IMG/VR virus record: IMGVR_UViG_3300029288_000161
Span: 6,937-70,936 of that record
DNA: 64,000 bases
From: a virus
Taxonomy: Duplodnaviria > Caudoviricetes
Direction: 5' to 3' (one strand)
Below the pieces are notes generated by a model that was not told the origin of the DNA, did not search any database, and was given only the letters and a program-made list of their open reading frames with translations. Position numbers and translations under genes: made by a program. This document shows, piece by piece, positions 28,309 through 36,642 of the stretch (its first letter is position 1; every line of letters begins with the position of its first letter).

Positions 28309-28823
28309 ACAAATTTTAAATCGTTAATATTTCCCCGGAACCTTTGATAATATCCCTGCCCGTTTTTATAAGGCAATGAACGGATTAGCTTTCGATGATT
28401 CTTACCAATCCAAATGGATCGTCCAAGAGAATAATCTCCGAAATCAAATTCATTGCCTGTTATGATTGAACCGTCCGAAAGAACTGCATGATTATACTTT
28501 CCCCGATCTTGCTGAACCTTCAAACAGCGATCCACTTCAAATTTACCAATGATTGAACCCAAAGGAAGCATGGGAACCCATAATACCTTTTTAGTATCCT
28601 CATTTATAAAATCTACCACTAATCTCTGGTTCTTTAGTTCGGTAAAAAATGGCTCCTTTAGACATAATTCTTTTTGAAACTTCGTCCATTTTTGTGCAGC
28701 ATGAATAAGATAAGTTCCCCGGAATGAAGTATCATTCGGACGGGTTTCATTCAGTTTTAAACCAAGGGCCAAAAGTGATGCCCAAGGTTGCCAAAGTGTC
28801 ACAACACGAATCTCTTCTTTCAT
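28305..28823 (-). CDS. ASCH-domain protein
   Basis: TLWQPWASLLALGLKLNETR...FRGTYLIHAA...PLGSIIG signature. Confidence 0.88.
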   Translation of the reverse strand: MKEEIRVVTLWQPWASLLALGLKLNETRPNDTSFRGTYLIHAAQKWTKFQKELCLKEPFFTELKNQRLVVDFINEDTKKVLWVPMLPLGSIIGKFEVDRCLKVQQDRGKYNHAVLSDGSIITGNEFDFGDYSLGRSIWIGKNHRKLIRSLPYKNGQGYYQRFRGNINDLKFV

Positions 28824-29059
28824 ATTGCTTCAAATAGTTTATCGAGTTCCCGTTGTATTTCCGATTTGTTATCCGGGGTTATATTTTCCAGCTTGCTTAC
28901 CTTATTAAAAAGTTCAGTCCTGATTTTTTCAATGTAATCGGTGATCACAATTACGGCTTTATGGTTGCTATGCTTCGCGACGGATTTCATTGGCATGTGT
29001 TCCATCGCTTGCCAGTGTTCTTTAAACTGACTTTCGACAAAAGTTTCGATTTTTTCCAT
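28820..29059 (-). CDS. Hypothetical protein
   Basis: Translationally coupled ORF; no motif recognised. Confidence 0.6.
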   Translation of the reverse strand: MEKIETFVESQFKEHWQAMEHMPMKSVAKHSNHKAVIVITDYIEKIRTELFNKVSKLENITPDNKSEIQRELDKLFEAI

Positions 29060-29060
29060 G

Positions 29061-29399
29061 TTAATTTTTATAATTGGTTATTGTATTTTTTGAGGCCTTT
29101 CTCTTTGCCTTCAAAATTAATTCGAATTGATTTATGCTATTGCTGATGTGATTGATTATTGATTGTTTTGCTTCATTTATAAAACCCGGCTCACAGTATA
29201 TCGAAAACATCCATCTTTCAGCCGGTGGATCGATATTAGACTGTTCCTTGGTGATCATTAAATCAATTTTCCGGATTTTAATATCAGCAGTACCATCTGT
29301 TCCAGTGAAATAAATAACCTCATCATCCACCTCCAATTCCTGAATTAAAAAATGGAGTTCGGTTACTGTTAATGTTGCCAATAATTTATAAAGTTTCAT
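29061..29399 (-). CDS. Hypothetical protein
   Basis: Coupled ORF; no motif recognised. Confidence 0.6.
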   Translation of the reverse strand: MKLYKLLATLTVTELHFLIQELEVDDEVIYFTGTDGTADIKIRKIDLMITKEQSNIDPPAERWMFSIYCEPGFINEAKQSIINHISNSINQFELILKAKRKASKNTITNYKN

Positions 29400-29770
29400 C
29401 AGAATAAACTTAATTGTCCTTTATCATTTTTCTGGTCCGGACCCGGTTGATTTTTTGTTTCAGGGCCGCCGGGAATAGTTAAATCCGGATTAAGTTTTAA
29501 TATATCAAAGCCTTCCAGTTTTGCAAGTTCTATACGTAAGTGCCGTAGCCTTATGTATTGTGTCAATGTATTGGATTTTACCATCCAAGCATCACGGGCA
29601 TCCCGATATTCATCTCGTATATTTTCATTTGTTTGGTCCTTGGAATATTTATTCCATAAAACCAGAGCTTTGCTCTTGAGGTTTTGCTCCTCACCGCCGA
29701 GTTTATTCCAATCGATAGAATCGTAATGTTTCAGGCTTTCAATTTCTTTTAAAATTTCCTGTTTATCCAT
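29399..29770 (-). CDS. Hypothetical protein ending in GQLSLF (sliding-clamp-binding-like motif)
   Basis: C-terminal QLSLF matches the beta-clamp binding consensus QL[S/D]LF. Confidence 0.6.
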   Translation of the reverse strand: MDKQEILKEIESLKHYDSIDWNKLGGEEQNLKSKALVLWNKYSKDQTNENIRDEYRDARDAWMVKSNTLTQYIRLRHLRIELAKLEGFDILKLNPDLTIPGGPETKNQPGPDQKNDKGQLSLF

Positions 29771-29955
29771 AGTGCCACTATTAGTAAATGAATTATAAAG
29801 GCAATATAACCGAAAATGATACTCACGAAGGCAAGATAAATCCGGATTGAATTAGTATATGGCATGTCCGGGTTCATATCATTCCAGTACCGGGAATAAA
29901 CCCAATAGTCTGCAAGAAAAAATCCGATTAACCCGGTATATACCCATGAATTCAT
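29749..29955 (-). CDS. Small two-TM membrane protein
   Basis: Two hydrophobic segments in 68 aa. Confidence 0.55.
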   Translation of the reverse strand: MNSWVYTGLIGFFLADYWVYSRYWNDMNPDMPYTNSIRIYLAFVSIIFGYIAFIIHLLIVALWINRKF

Positions 29956-30443
29956 CTGTCTAATTTTATATCCCCCTTGGATAAATTTTGACTGTATTCT
30001 GTTAAAGATTTAAGGGCAGTACTTTGTGCCTGATAACCTATACTCATTGTATTTAATACAATTGATACCTGTTTTGAGATGGTTAAACCCTTCAGTGAAT
30101 CCTTCATTTCCATATAACAGACAACAAAATCAGGTATCAATTTTTCAGGTATTAAATCTCTGATTAGATCGGTGAACTGTTCTTTCCTTGTTTTCCTTCG
30201 AACTTTAAATTCAATGGAAGCCTCAAGTATGCAGCTAAAATCTGTATGGGCATTATTATATGAAACAACCAGATTATCATAATTCTGATCGAACCAATCC
30301 TGAAGCTGTTCATTTTCGGTTAAGTTAAATATGCGATCCTTTAGCTTAATTTTCCTTAGTTGAAAATCCGGGGTTTTCAGTGAATAACTCGACCTTGTTA
30401 TCCTCCCGTAGCTGATCCCTTTGATTGTTATTTTTGCGTTCAT
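29952..30443 (-). CDS. Hypothetical protein (start uncertain)
   Basis: Closed ORF in the operon; overlaps the upstream gene. Confidence 0.5.
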   Translation of the reverse strand: MNAKITIKGISYGRITRSSYSLKTPDFQLRKIKLKDRIFNLTENEQLQDWFDQNYDNLVVSYNNAHTDFSCILEASIEFKVRRKTRKEQFTDLIRDLIPEKLIPDFVVCYMEMKDSLKGLTISKQVSIVLNTMSIGYQAQSTALKSLTEYSQNLSKGDIKLDR

Positions 30444-30861
30444 AATTCATAAATAAAAGAATGATTTGTAAAAGAACCAATATAACGACAAACCAAAACT
30501 GTCTGCGACGAATTTTGATCACCTTTTTATTATTTTCGATTTGTGCATTCTTCAAATCTTTGAGTAATGACATCACCACATCATACTTGAGCGATTCTTT
30601 CAGCAAGAAAATCTCATGCGGGTTCATTTCTTCAAATTTCCTGACTTTTAATTGGACGTCGATAATTACAGGAACACGTTCCTTTATCTCGCTGTATAGC
30701 AATCTTTCTAAAGAATCAACGTGGATATTCCCATATTTTTCAGGGGTGAAATACAAATAAATAAATATGGTATGCTCCTTTTCTTCAATAGAAATGAATT
30801 GTGGTTGAACAAAGGAATTAATGAATTCCTCAATATTCTGTTTTGTTATAAGTGTTTCCAT
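30346..30861 (-). CDS. Hypothetical single-TM protein
   Basis: FWFVVILVLLQIILLFM hydrophobic helix near the C-terminus. Confidence 0.55.
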   Translation of the reverse strand: METLITKQNIEEFINSFVQPQFISIEEKEHTIFIYLYFTPEKYGNIHVDSLERLLYSEIKERVPVIIDVQLKVRKFEEMNPHEIFLLKESLKYDVVMSLLKDLKNAQIENNKKVIKIRRRQFWFVVILVLLQIILLFMNYERKNNNQRDQLREDNKVELFTENPGFSTKEN

Positions 30862-31319
30862 TATTGTATTTGATAAGTTATTGGTGGATTAGGTAAAGCA
30901 CTGGCATGGATAGCACATACAATTTCACGGGCGATCCTTTTTTGATCTTGTTTCAGATCTGCAGCGGAATCATCTGCCCCATCATTATCGCAAATTTGTA
31001 CCGGAATTGCTGCGGTACCTTTGTCCCAAATTATCATCGTTACATATTGAGGGCCTTTGAATCGCATCCGGCAATAGAGAAGATCATAACCAGTCCAGCC
31101 TTCCCCGCTTTCATATTCCTGAAAAAGATATTCAATATCACCGGAGAGCCAAACACGTCCACACTCGACAAATAATCCCCCCAAACGTTCATAAACTGAT
31201 TTAAAAATACAACCGGGGGCAAAAGGAATCCTCGGTTGTTTTTCGCCATCTATAAATTTATCAATATTATAATTGGAATTTAGGACAGCATGGCACTTTG
31301 AAAAATCAATATCTTTCAT
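30861..31319 (-). CDS. Hypothetical protein (152 aa)
   Basis: Coupled ORF; no motif recognised. Confidence 0.6.
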   Translation of the reverse strand: MKDIDFSKCHAVLNSNYNIDKFIDGEKQPRIPFAPGCIFKSVYERLGGLFVECGRVWLSGDIEYLFQEYESGEGWTGYDLLYCRMRFKGPQYVTMIIWDKGTAAIPVQICDNDGADDSAADLKQDQKRIAREIVCAIHASALPNPPITYQIQ

Positions 31320-31486
31320 TTTGGTATGATTTGATACTGTTTATAATTCTGTTGATCATTAATAAGTTTTGCCTCGAAGTGCCGGGCAATCCTATAATCG
31401 AATTTTTTAATATAATCAGAATAGTCACATTTACTGGTAAAAACCAATAAAGTGCCGTCGGACATTTCAATAAAATACTGTTCCAT
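31316..31486 (-). CDS. Small hypothetical protein (56 aa, not in the ORF track)
   Basis: MEQYFIEMSDG...; fills the gap and has an ATGA overlap with the next gene. Confidence 0.5.
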   Translation of the reverse strand: MEQYFIEMSDGTLLVFTSKCDYSDYIKKFDYRIARHFEAKLINDQQNYKQYQIIPK

Positions 31487-31489
31487 AGG

Positions 31490-31747
31490 TTATTTTATTA
31501 ATTGAATATATGAATCCGGATTTTGTTTCTTTGCAGTAAACATAGTCACTCTTTCAGGTGAAAGATTATATTTTGATTTTAAATAATTCCTGATTTTAGT
31601 TTCGGATTCCGATTCGTTGGAACCTTGCACATAGAGCATAATAAATTTAGTAAAACCATATACCGGCGCATGAATTTGTTCTTTGAAATAAATCGACGCC
31701 AGATATATGGTTCGAGGCACACATTTCCTTGTTTGAATTCCTCTCAT
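31490..31747 (-). CDS. Hypothetical protein
   Basis: Closed ORF in the operon. Confidence 0.55.
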   Translation of the reverse strand: MRGIQTRKCVPRTIYLASIYFKEQIHAPVYGFTKFIMLYVQGSNESESETKIRNYLKSKYNLSPERVTMFTAKKQNPDSYIQLIK

Positions 31748-31751
31748 TAAT

Positions 31752-32048
31752 TTATTCTATTACATAATGAAGTGCATTTTCTTTAGCCCAATCGTCCATT
31801 TTTGCCCAAAGGGTACGGATCATTTTCTTTGCTTCGGTATTCCATTGTGACGGGGTTTTGAAACTCCTGAAATCCAAAGCATCAATATAACCTTTTTCAC
31901 CTTCCACAACATTTAAAACTAATTCATTGTAAGATTCACGGCAACCCCTGCATAAATCCCTTATTTCGTCGGTTGCTTGACTCCAATTTGTTGCGTTATC
32001 CGGAAATTGGTTAATAAAATCGTTAAGTTTTTTGTCTAAATTTTTCAT
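31752..32048 (-). CDS. Hypothetical protein, first gene after a promoter cassette
   Basis: Preceded by the full promoter-leader cassette. Confidence 0.65.
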   Translation of the reverse strand: MKNLDKKLNDFINQFPDNATNWSQATDEIRDLCRGCRESYNELVLNVVEGEKGYIDALDFRSFKTPSQWNTEAKKMIRTLWAKMDDWAKENALHYVIE

Positions 32049-32087
32049 GGCTCTTTGTTATTGTTGCTTTTGTAATGTTTTACGCAT

Positions 32088-32128
32088 CTAATATAAGATT
32101 TGTTTCAATATCATCAAAACTATTTTGA
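32088..32128 (-). promoter_or_regulatory. Bacteroidota-type promoter with overlapping palindrome
   Basis: TTTG-N19-TATATTAG; TCAAAA-N3-TTTTGA at 32114-32128. Confidence 0.8.
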
Positions 32129-32134
32129 ATAATA

Positions 32135-32524
32135 TTAAAGACTATTCATCTCCATTACCCTTCCTGATCCAGATTCATTAATAGCAAATAAGCAATCAAC
32201 ATCCTTCATTATTTGCCAACAGAAATAAATGCCTTGGTAATTTTCGAGTTTCATTGGCTTACCATCACGGGAAAAAAGCATATAATCTTTATACCTTCCA
32301 ACATATTGTAAGGCTTCTCCCTTATAAAAAATCCATCCTGCGCTTGTTTTCTTACTGGACCCAAAACGTGAATATTTTTCACCCGGTATAAATGTGAAAA
32401 TTCCAACGTTTATCTTCGTTTTTTCGATCTTCCCGGATAGATCATCCAACATGCAGAAATAATTGAAATAATCGCTGCAGGAAGCGACGTCGAAGCCTTT
32501 TTCATGCCAGATAGTTACTTTCAT
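32135..32524 (-). CDS. Hypothetical protein
   Basis: Closed ORF in the operon. Confidence 0.6.
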   Translation of the reverse strand: MKVTIWHEKGFDVASCSDYFNYFCMLDDLSGKIEKTKINVGIFTFIPGEKYSRFGSSKKTSAGWIFYKGEALQYVGRYKDYMLFSRDGKPMKLENYQGIYFCWQIMKDVDCLFAINESGSGRVMEMNSL

Positions 32525-32527
32525 AAT

Positions 32528-32743
32528 CTACAAACTTTTCAAATTAGTGTAATAACTCAAACCGGGAACTGTAGAGTTTATTTCTTCTACAACTGCCACA
32601 TCAATTTTATTATTGTTTGCTTTCTTTGTTTGTTGAGCCACTTCCTTTGCACTTTCCAACGTACCCACATGATCTTGTAACCAATATCCGGAAACAAACT
32701 CATTCTTATATTCCATTACATTTATTAGTGAAAATTTTGCCAT
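32528..32743 (-). CDS. Hypothetical protein
   Basis: Closed ORF in the operon. Confidence 0.6.
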   Translation of the reverse strand: MAKFSLINVMEYKNEFVSGYWLQDHVGTLESAKEVAQQTKKANNNKIDVAVVEEINSTVPGLSYYTNLKSL

Positions 32744-33075
32744 TATTCCTCCTCCTCATCATTGAATGAAACCATCCTTTTGCTTTCATCATTCAACGGA
32801 TAAACCTCATCGTAGATGTCTTTAAAATTAGGGTTATCTTCTTCAAATGTCCCGGCAATGGAACCAATTAACATACGTAGATCGTCCATTTCCTTTTGGA
32901 TATCTTCGGCATCAATCAAAACATGCCCGGAAATATCAATATCCTGCCCATGATGAACTGCATTAGGTTTTGCATATTGGGGATCGCCTTTTAAAATAGA
33001 ATCGTTTAACTTTTCTGCTAAACGATCATAGGCATGGCAAGCCTGTCTCCTTAGATTATTAAAATCAACATTCAT
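32743..33075 (-). CDS. Hypothetical acidic protein
   Basis: Closed ORF in the operon. Confidence 0.6.
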   Translation of the reverse strand: MNVDFNNLRRQACHAYDRLAEKLNDSILKGDPQYAKPNAVHHGQDIDISGHVLIDAEDIQKEMDDLRMLIGSIAGTFEEDNPNFKDIYDEVYPLNDESKRMVSFNDEEEE

Positions 33076-33080
33076 ATTGG

Positions 33081-33533
33081 TTAAAATTTAATTCCAAAAC
33101 CTATTTTCCCATCCCATTTCAGGGGATCAAACATAATGAGAAACGTTTGTCTTTTTAAGGCAACGGTTCCCCCAATCTCCGCACTGAAATCGGTTAGATT
33201 ATTGCTCTCTTCTCCTTCTATTTTACCATAACAAATACTCAGATTGAAATAAACCGATTCCTGCTTATAACAATTTTCATCATACAAAAATGAAACACCC
33301 AAACCAATCTTCATTGATTTTTTTTCATCATACTTGCCCAATTCATAAGAAAGAACTGGATTAAATATTTTACTGAGTGACTGAATGTGGAATCCCAATC
33401 CTGATTTTAATGGATCGTAGGTTAGAGCAATAGTTTGTCCCTGAGTGTTGTTAAACACAAAAAGAAAAAACAGCATCGCAAAGATGCCGTTTCTCCTGTT
33501 CATAACTTTGTTAATAATTGTAATGTTCATCAA
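33081..33533 (-). CDS. Secreted outer-membrane beta-barrel-like protein
   Basis: Signal-peptide-like N-terminus (RRNGIFAMLFFLFVFNNTQG-Q), alternating beta strands, C-terminal GKIGFGIKF beta-signal. Confidence 0.65.
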   Translation of the reverse strand: MMNITIINKVMNRRNGIFAMLFFLFVFNNTQGQTIALTYDPLKSGLGFHIQSLSKIFNPVLSYELGKYDEKKSMKIGLGVSFLYDENCYKQESVYFNLSICYGKIEGEESNNLTDFSAEIGGTVALKRQTFLIMFDPLKWDGKIGFGIKF

Positions 33534-33756
33534 TCCAATTTATAAGTTTTATCATGTTTTCTCTATCCAAATCGAAAAAGAATTTCATAAATCCCCCCAT
33601 GTCAATGAAAGAACCATTTGCTTTACTCAGAAATTTAGAGCTAATATGTTCAATCAAATGAGGGTTATCTTTCCAACAATCCTCAATAAACTTAGGGGTA
33701 AAATTCGCAGTGAAATACGCAAACTTTAAAACTGATTCTAATGCTTCGTTTGTCAT
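33511..33756 (-). CDS. Hypothetical protein
   Basis: Preceded by the AAAGCAACA..GCCATG leader. Confidence 0.65.
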   Translation of the reverse strand: MTNEALESVLKFAYFTANFTPKFIEDCWKDNPHLIEHISSKFLSKANGSFIDMGGFMKFFFDLDRENMIKLINWIDEHYNY

Positions 33757-33808
33757 GGCTATGTTGCTTTAATTAATATTATAAGGGGGAAAAAACACCC
33801 CCCGTTAA

Positions 33809-34234
33809 TTATTTATAGTAATTTCTTTTAATGAATTCTCTGTAAACTAAAGTTGACATTCTTTCTCTCAAATTATCAATATAATCGTTATAGGTAGTTC
33901 CGGTTTCTAAACCATAATAACCTATTAAGTAACTGACAATTTCTTCCCTGACTTTATCTGACATTTGCCTTTCAACAAATAAATACTTTGTTTGAGGGAT
34001 ATCTTCCCGGACATTTGAATATTCATATATATCCTCCATGCCGTTAAAATTACCATATTGATATTGGCTTATTAGCTTTTCAACATCGGAAGTCATCGGC
34101 CCATCTTCATAGCTAACCGAAACTTTATCACCCATTGAATAACTCATGGATTTTACACTGAACATTAAATTTGGGAAATTCTTTTTTAAAATACTTTTAA
34201 TCTCTTTAGCTGCTTTGGATGCGTTCGTTTTCAT
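33809..34234 (-). CDS. LPD29-like (large polyvalent protein-associated domain) protein
   Basis: AAKEIKSILKKNFP..FSVKS..YSMG..VSVSYEDGP...YQYGNFNGMEDIYEY...KYLFVER pattern. Confidence 0.7.
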   Translation of the reverse strand: MKTNASKAAKEIKSILKKNFPNLMFSVKSMSYSMGDKVSVSYEDGPMTSDVEKLISQYQYGNFNGMEDIYEYSNVREDIPQTKYLFVERQMSDKVREEIVSYLIGYYGLETGTTYNDYIDNLRERMSTLVYREFIKRNYYK

Positions 34235-34271
34235 GGCTTTTTATTTATCGTTGCTTTGTTATTTATACGAT

Positions 34272-34312
34272 CAAATATATGAATTGTTTCACAACCGACA
34301 AAACTTTTTTGA
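34272..34312 (-). promoter_or_regulatory. Consensus Bacteroidota promoter with overlapping palindrome
   Basis: TTTG-N19-TATATTTG; ACAAAA-CTT-TTTTGA at 34298-34312. Confidence 0.85.
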
Positions 34313-34326
34313 ATATTTTAAAATAA

Positions 34327-35436
34327 TCACATGAACATTCCGAGTTCTTTATAAAGAAGTTTATTAGCAATATCAACCGATTCCTGGTTAAGATCGATGC
34401 CGACAAAATTTCTGTTCAGCTTCCGTGCGGTTATCCCTGTGGTGCCAGTTCCCATGAAAGGGTCGAGAACCAATCCACCTACCGGGCATCCTGCCTCAAT
34501 GGGAGTTTTAACTAATCTTTGTGGATAGGTTGCAAAGTGCGATTCATTGCTTCCCTTGGTATTTAAGTCCCAAACAGTCCGTTTATTTCTCATTCCATCC
34601 TTTCGATAGTTGGTTCCGGTGATGCGATAATTACCGGTTGTTATCTTTCCACTTTTAGCCAGGACACGCTCCTCACTTTGCGCCCTTGGGTCCTTATCTG
34701 CCCATAGGCTCTCCTCAAGTTGCTGTTCGAAATAGTAATCTTGGCTCTTTGTGAAGAAATAAAGTGGTTCAAAATCATTGGTAAAACGATCTTTCACGCT
34801 TTCCGGCATTGCATTGCGCTTCCACCAGATGATCTCATTACGGCAAATCCATCCACGATCTACCATGCCAATGGCGAAGCGTTGGGGAATAAGACAAAGG
34901 GATTTCTTTGGAACATCTATATTTTGCCGGTTAAAGTTTTTAAGCATGATCATTCCCCGCTTCTCAAGATTGTCATATTTACTACCCATTCCCCCGGACC
35001 CGGAATAACAGTCTCCCAAATTAACCCAAACAGAACCGGTATCTTTTAATACCCGATATATTTCGTCGAATATTGAGAACAGGTTATCCATGAACATATT
35101 AATGTTTGGCTCCAGTCCGAGTTCCCCTAACCAAGCCCCACATTTTTGACAAAATTGAGATTCACTGCCAGAACCCCGGACATCCATAGCATCCATGTGG
35201 CGATTCGCTGCAACATTGGGTGGACGTTCTGGATTATTCTTTCCCCCATTGGGAGGTTTAATTATTTTATTCCATTCATGATTACATGCGGGGTCGCCAC
35301 CCCAAATTTGCGGCGCCGTTCCATAATTTCGGAGTCCCCAATATGGAGGAGATGTAACAACACAATCCACAACTTGGTCCGGGAAACCCTTTAATATTTC
35401 CCTTGCATTGCCTTGATAGAATTTATTTATTTCCAT
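34327..35436 (-). CDS. Beta-class N4-cytosine / N6-adenine DNA methyltransferase with Cys-rich insert
   Basis: TSPPYW catalytic motif before DPFMGTGTT SAM motif; CNHEW...CQKC insert. Confidence 0.92.
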   Translation of the reverse strand: MEINKFYQGNAREILKGFPDQVVDCVVTSPPYWGLRNYGTAPQIWGGDPACNHEWNKIIKPPNGGKNNPERPPNVAANRHMDAMDVRGSGSESQFCQKCGAWLGELGLEPNINMFMDNLFSIFDEIYRVLKDTGSVWVNLGDCYSGSGGMGSKYDNLEKRGMIMLKNFNRQNIDVPKKSLCLIPQRFAIGMVDRGWICRNEIIWWKRNAMPESVKDRFTNDFEPLYFFTKSQDYYFEQQLEESLWADKDPRAQSEERVLAKSGKITTGNYRITGTNYRKDGMRNKRTVWDLNTKGSNESHFATYPQRLVKTPIEAGCPVGGLVLDPFMGTGTTGITARKLNRNFVGIDLNQESVDIANKLLYKELGMFM

Positions 35437-35600
35437 TTAATTTCCAAATATTTATCGAGATTTAACTTGAGCCATTCCTTTCTTTTCGCATATATTTCCC
35501 GTCCCTTATCAGTTAGTTCATCTTTGAGTAAATCCATGAGCATTATTTCATTAGCTCTACCTTCGAACTCCTCGCAAAATGCTAATTCATTCTCATTCAT
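35427..35600 (-). CDS. Small hypothetical protein (57 aa, not in the ORF track)
   Basis: MNENELAFCEEF...; overlaps both neighbours. Confidence 0.5.
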   Translation of the reverse strand: MNENELAFCEEFEGRANEIMLMDLLKDELTDKGREIYAKRKEWLKLNLDKYLEIKWK

Positions 35601-35817
35601 CATCCTTGTTTATTAAGTGACAGCATTCCTTACATAAATAATGCCCATCTCCTTCACAATCTGTGAAGTCTCCAGGTTTTAATTTTCTTGGTGAATAACC
35701 AGAGCATTGTGCATCCTTAGATCGGAACCCAGGTACCCCATCTGGAAGTTCTGGTGATGCAGTTGCTATTTTTGTATAACTTAATCGCAATAACCAAAGC
35801 CATATCCTTCTTTTCAT
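35593..35817 (-). CDS. Small Cys-rich protein
   Basis: C-x-G...DCEGDGHYLCKEC possible Zn ligands. Confidence 0.6.
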   Translation of the reverse strand: MKRRIWLWLLRLSYTKIATASPELPDGVPGFRSKDAQCSGYSPRKLKPGDFTDCEGDGHYLCKECCHLINKDDE

Positions 35818-36359
35818 GATGTTTTATTTATTGAATTTGTAAATAATTCGAAAGATTTCATGTCATAGAACTTACCATCAGAAAGCCGGACTGTTGATTT
35901 ATGTATTCCGACAATATTGCCATTATATTTTTCAATAATATGTTTATACAATTTTTCAGCACGAATATTTCCAATTACAACGCTCCACTCAATTTTTTTT
36001 GCTCTTGGATCATAATAAATATTACTGAAGAATCTGTACAAATCCCTCTGTGATAATAAATTTGTTTTAAAAAGAATAACAAATATGTTATCAAATTTAA
36101 AATGATCTACACTGAACGATGCTCCGAAGTAACCAAGTATTTCTCCTTTCTTATTAACGGAAACGAATTGCAATTTACTCCAGTTACTATCTTCTATTTC
36201 AAGTTTATAATTTCTATAAGTTCCAAGTGAATAAAATTTACTATCATCAGTCAAACACCAATCCATCCATTTATTCTGAAGTAATTCCCTATGTTTAAAG
36301 GCTAATTGTAACATGCGCTTATAATTAAAGTAAAGGCTCGGATTTATCCAAGCCTTCAC
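35814..36359 (-). CDS. GNAT-family (RimJ-like) acetyltransferase
   Basis: KIEWSVVIGNIRAEKLY...GIHKSTVRLSDGKFYD matches the RimJ/RimL C-terminal pattern. Confidence 0.7.
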   Translation of the reverse strand: MKAWINPSLYFNYKRMLQLAFKHRELLQNKWMDWCLTDDSKFYSLGTYRNYKLEIEDSNWSKLQFVSVNKKGEILGYFGASFSVDHFKFDNIFVILFKTNLLSQRDLYRFFSNIYYDPRAKKIEWSVVIGNIRAEKLYKHIIEKYNGNIVGIHKSTVRLSDGKFYDMKSFELFTNSINKTS

Positions 36360-36367
36360 GATTAATA

Positions 36368-36601
36368 CTATTCTTCTGATGGGCTTATCAAGATATCATA
36401 ATCCTTGCCCAATTGAAACATGTCCGCTGCTTCCTGATTTACAGTGTTCAGTACCATACCGGTTCCCCCTGATAATTGGTAATAAATTGAATTCTGATCA
36501 TAGGGAACCTGCAATTCGATTGCTGTAGTGATCGGATGGTTTGGATCATAGTTCTGGCTCTCTTTCTTGGAGACGCATTTTACCTTTACTTTAGTCGCCA
36601 T
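36368..36601 (-). CDS. Small hypothetical protein (77 aa)
   Basis: Closed ORF after the terminase gene; all-beta pattern. Confidence 0.65.
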   Translation of the reverse strand: MATKVKVKCVSKKESQNYDPNHPITTAIELQVPYDQNSIYYQLSGGTGMVLNTVNQEAADMFQLGKDYDILISPSEE

Positions 36602-36642
36602 AGTTTTGATGGATTTTACAAAGCCCGTCCAAGGCTATATTT

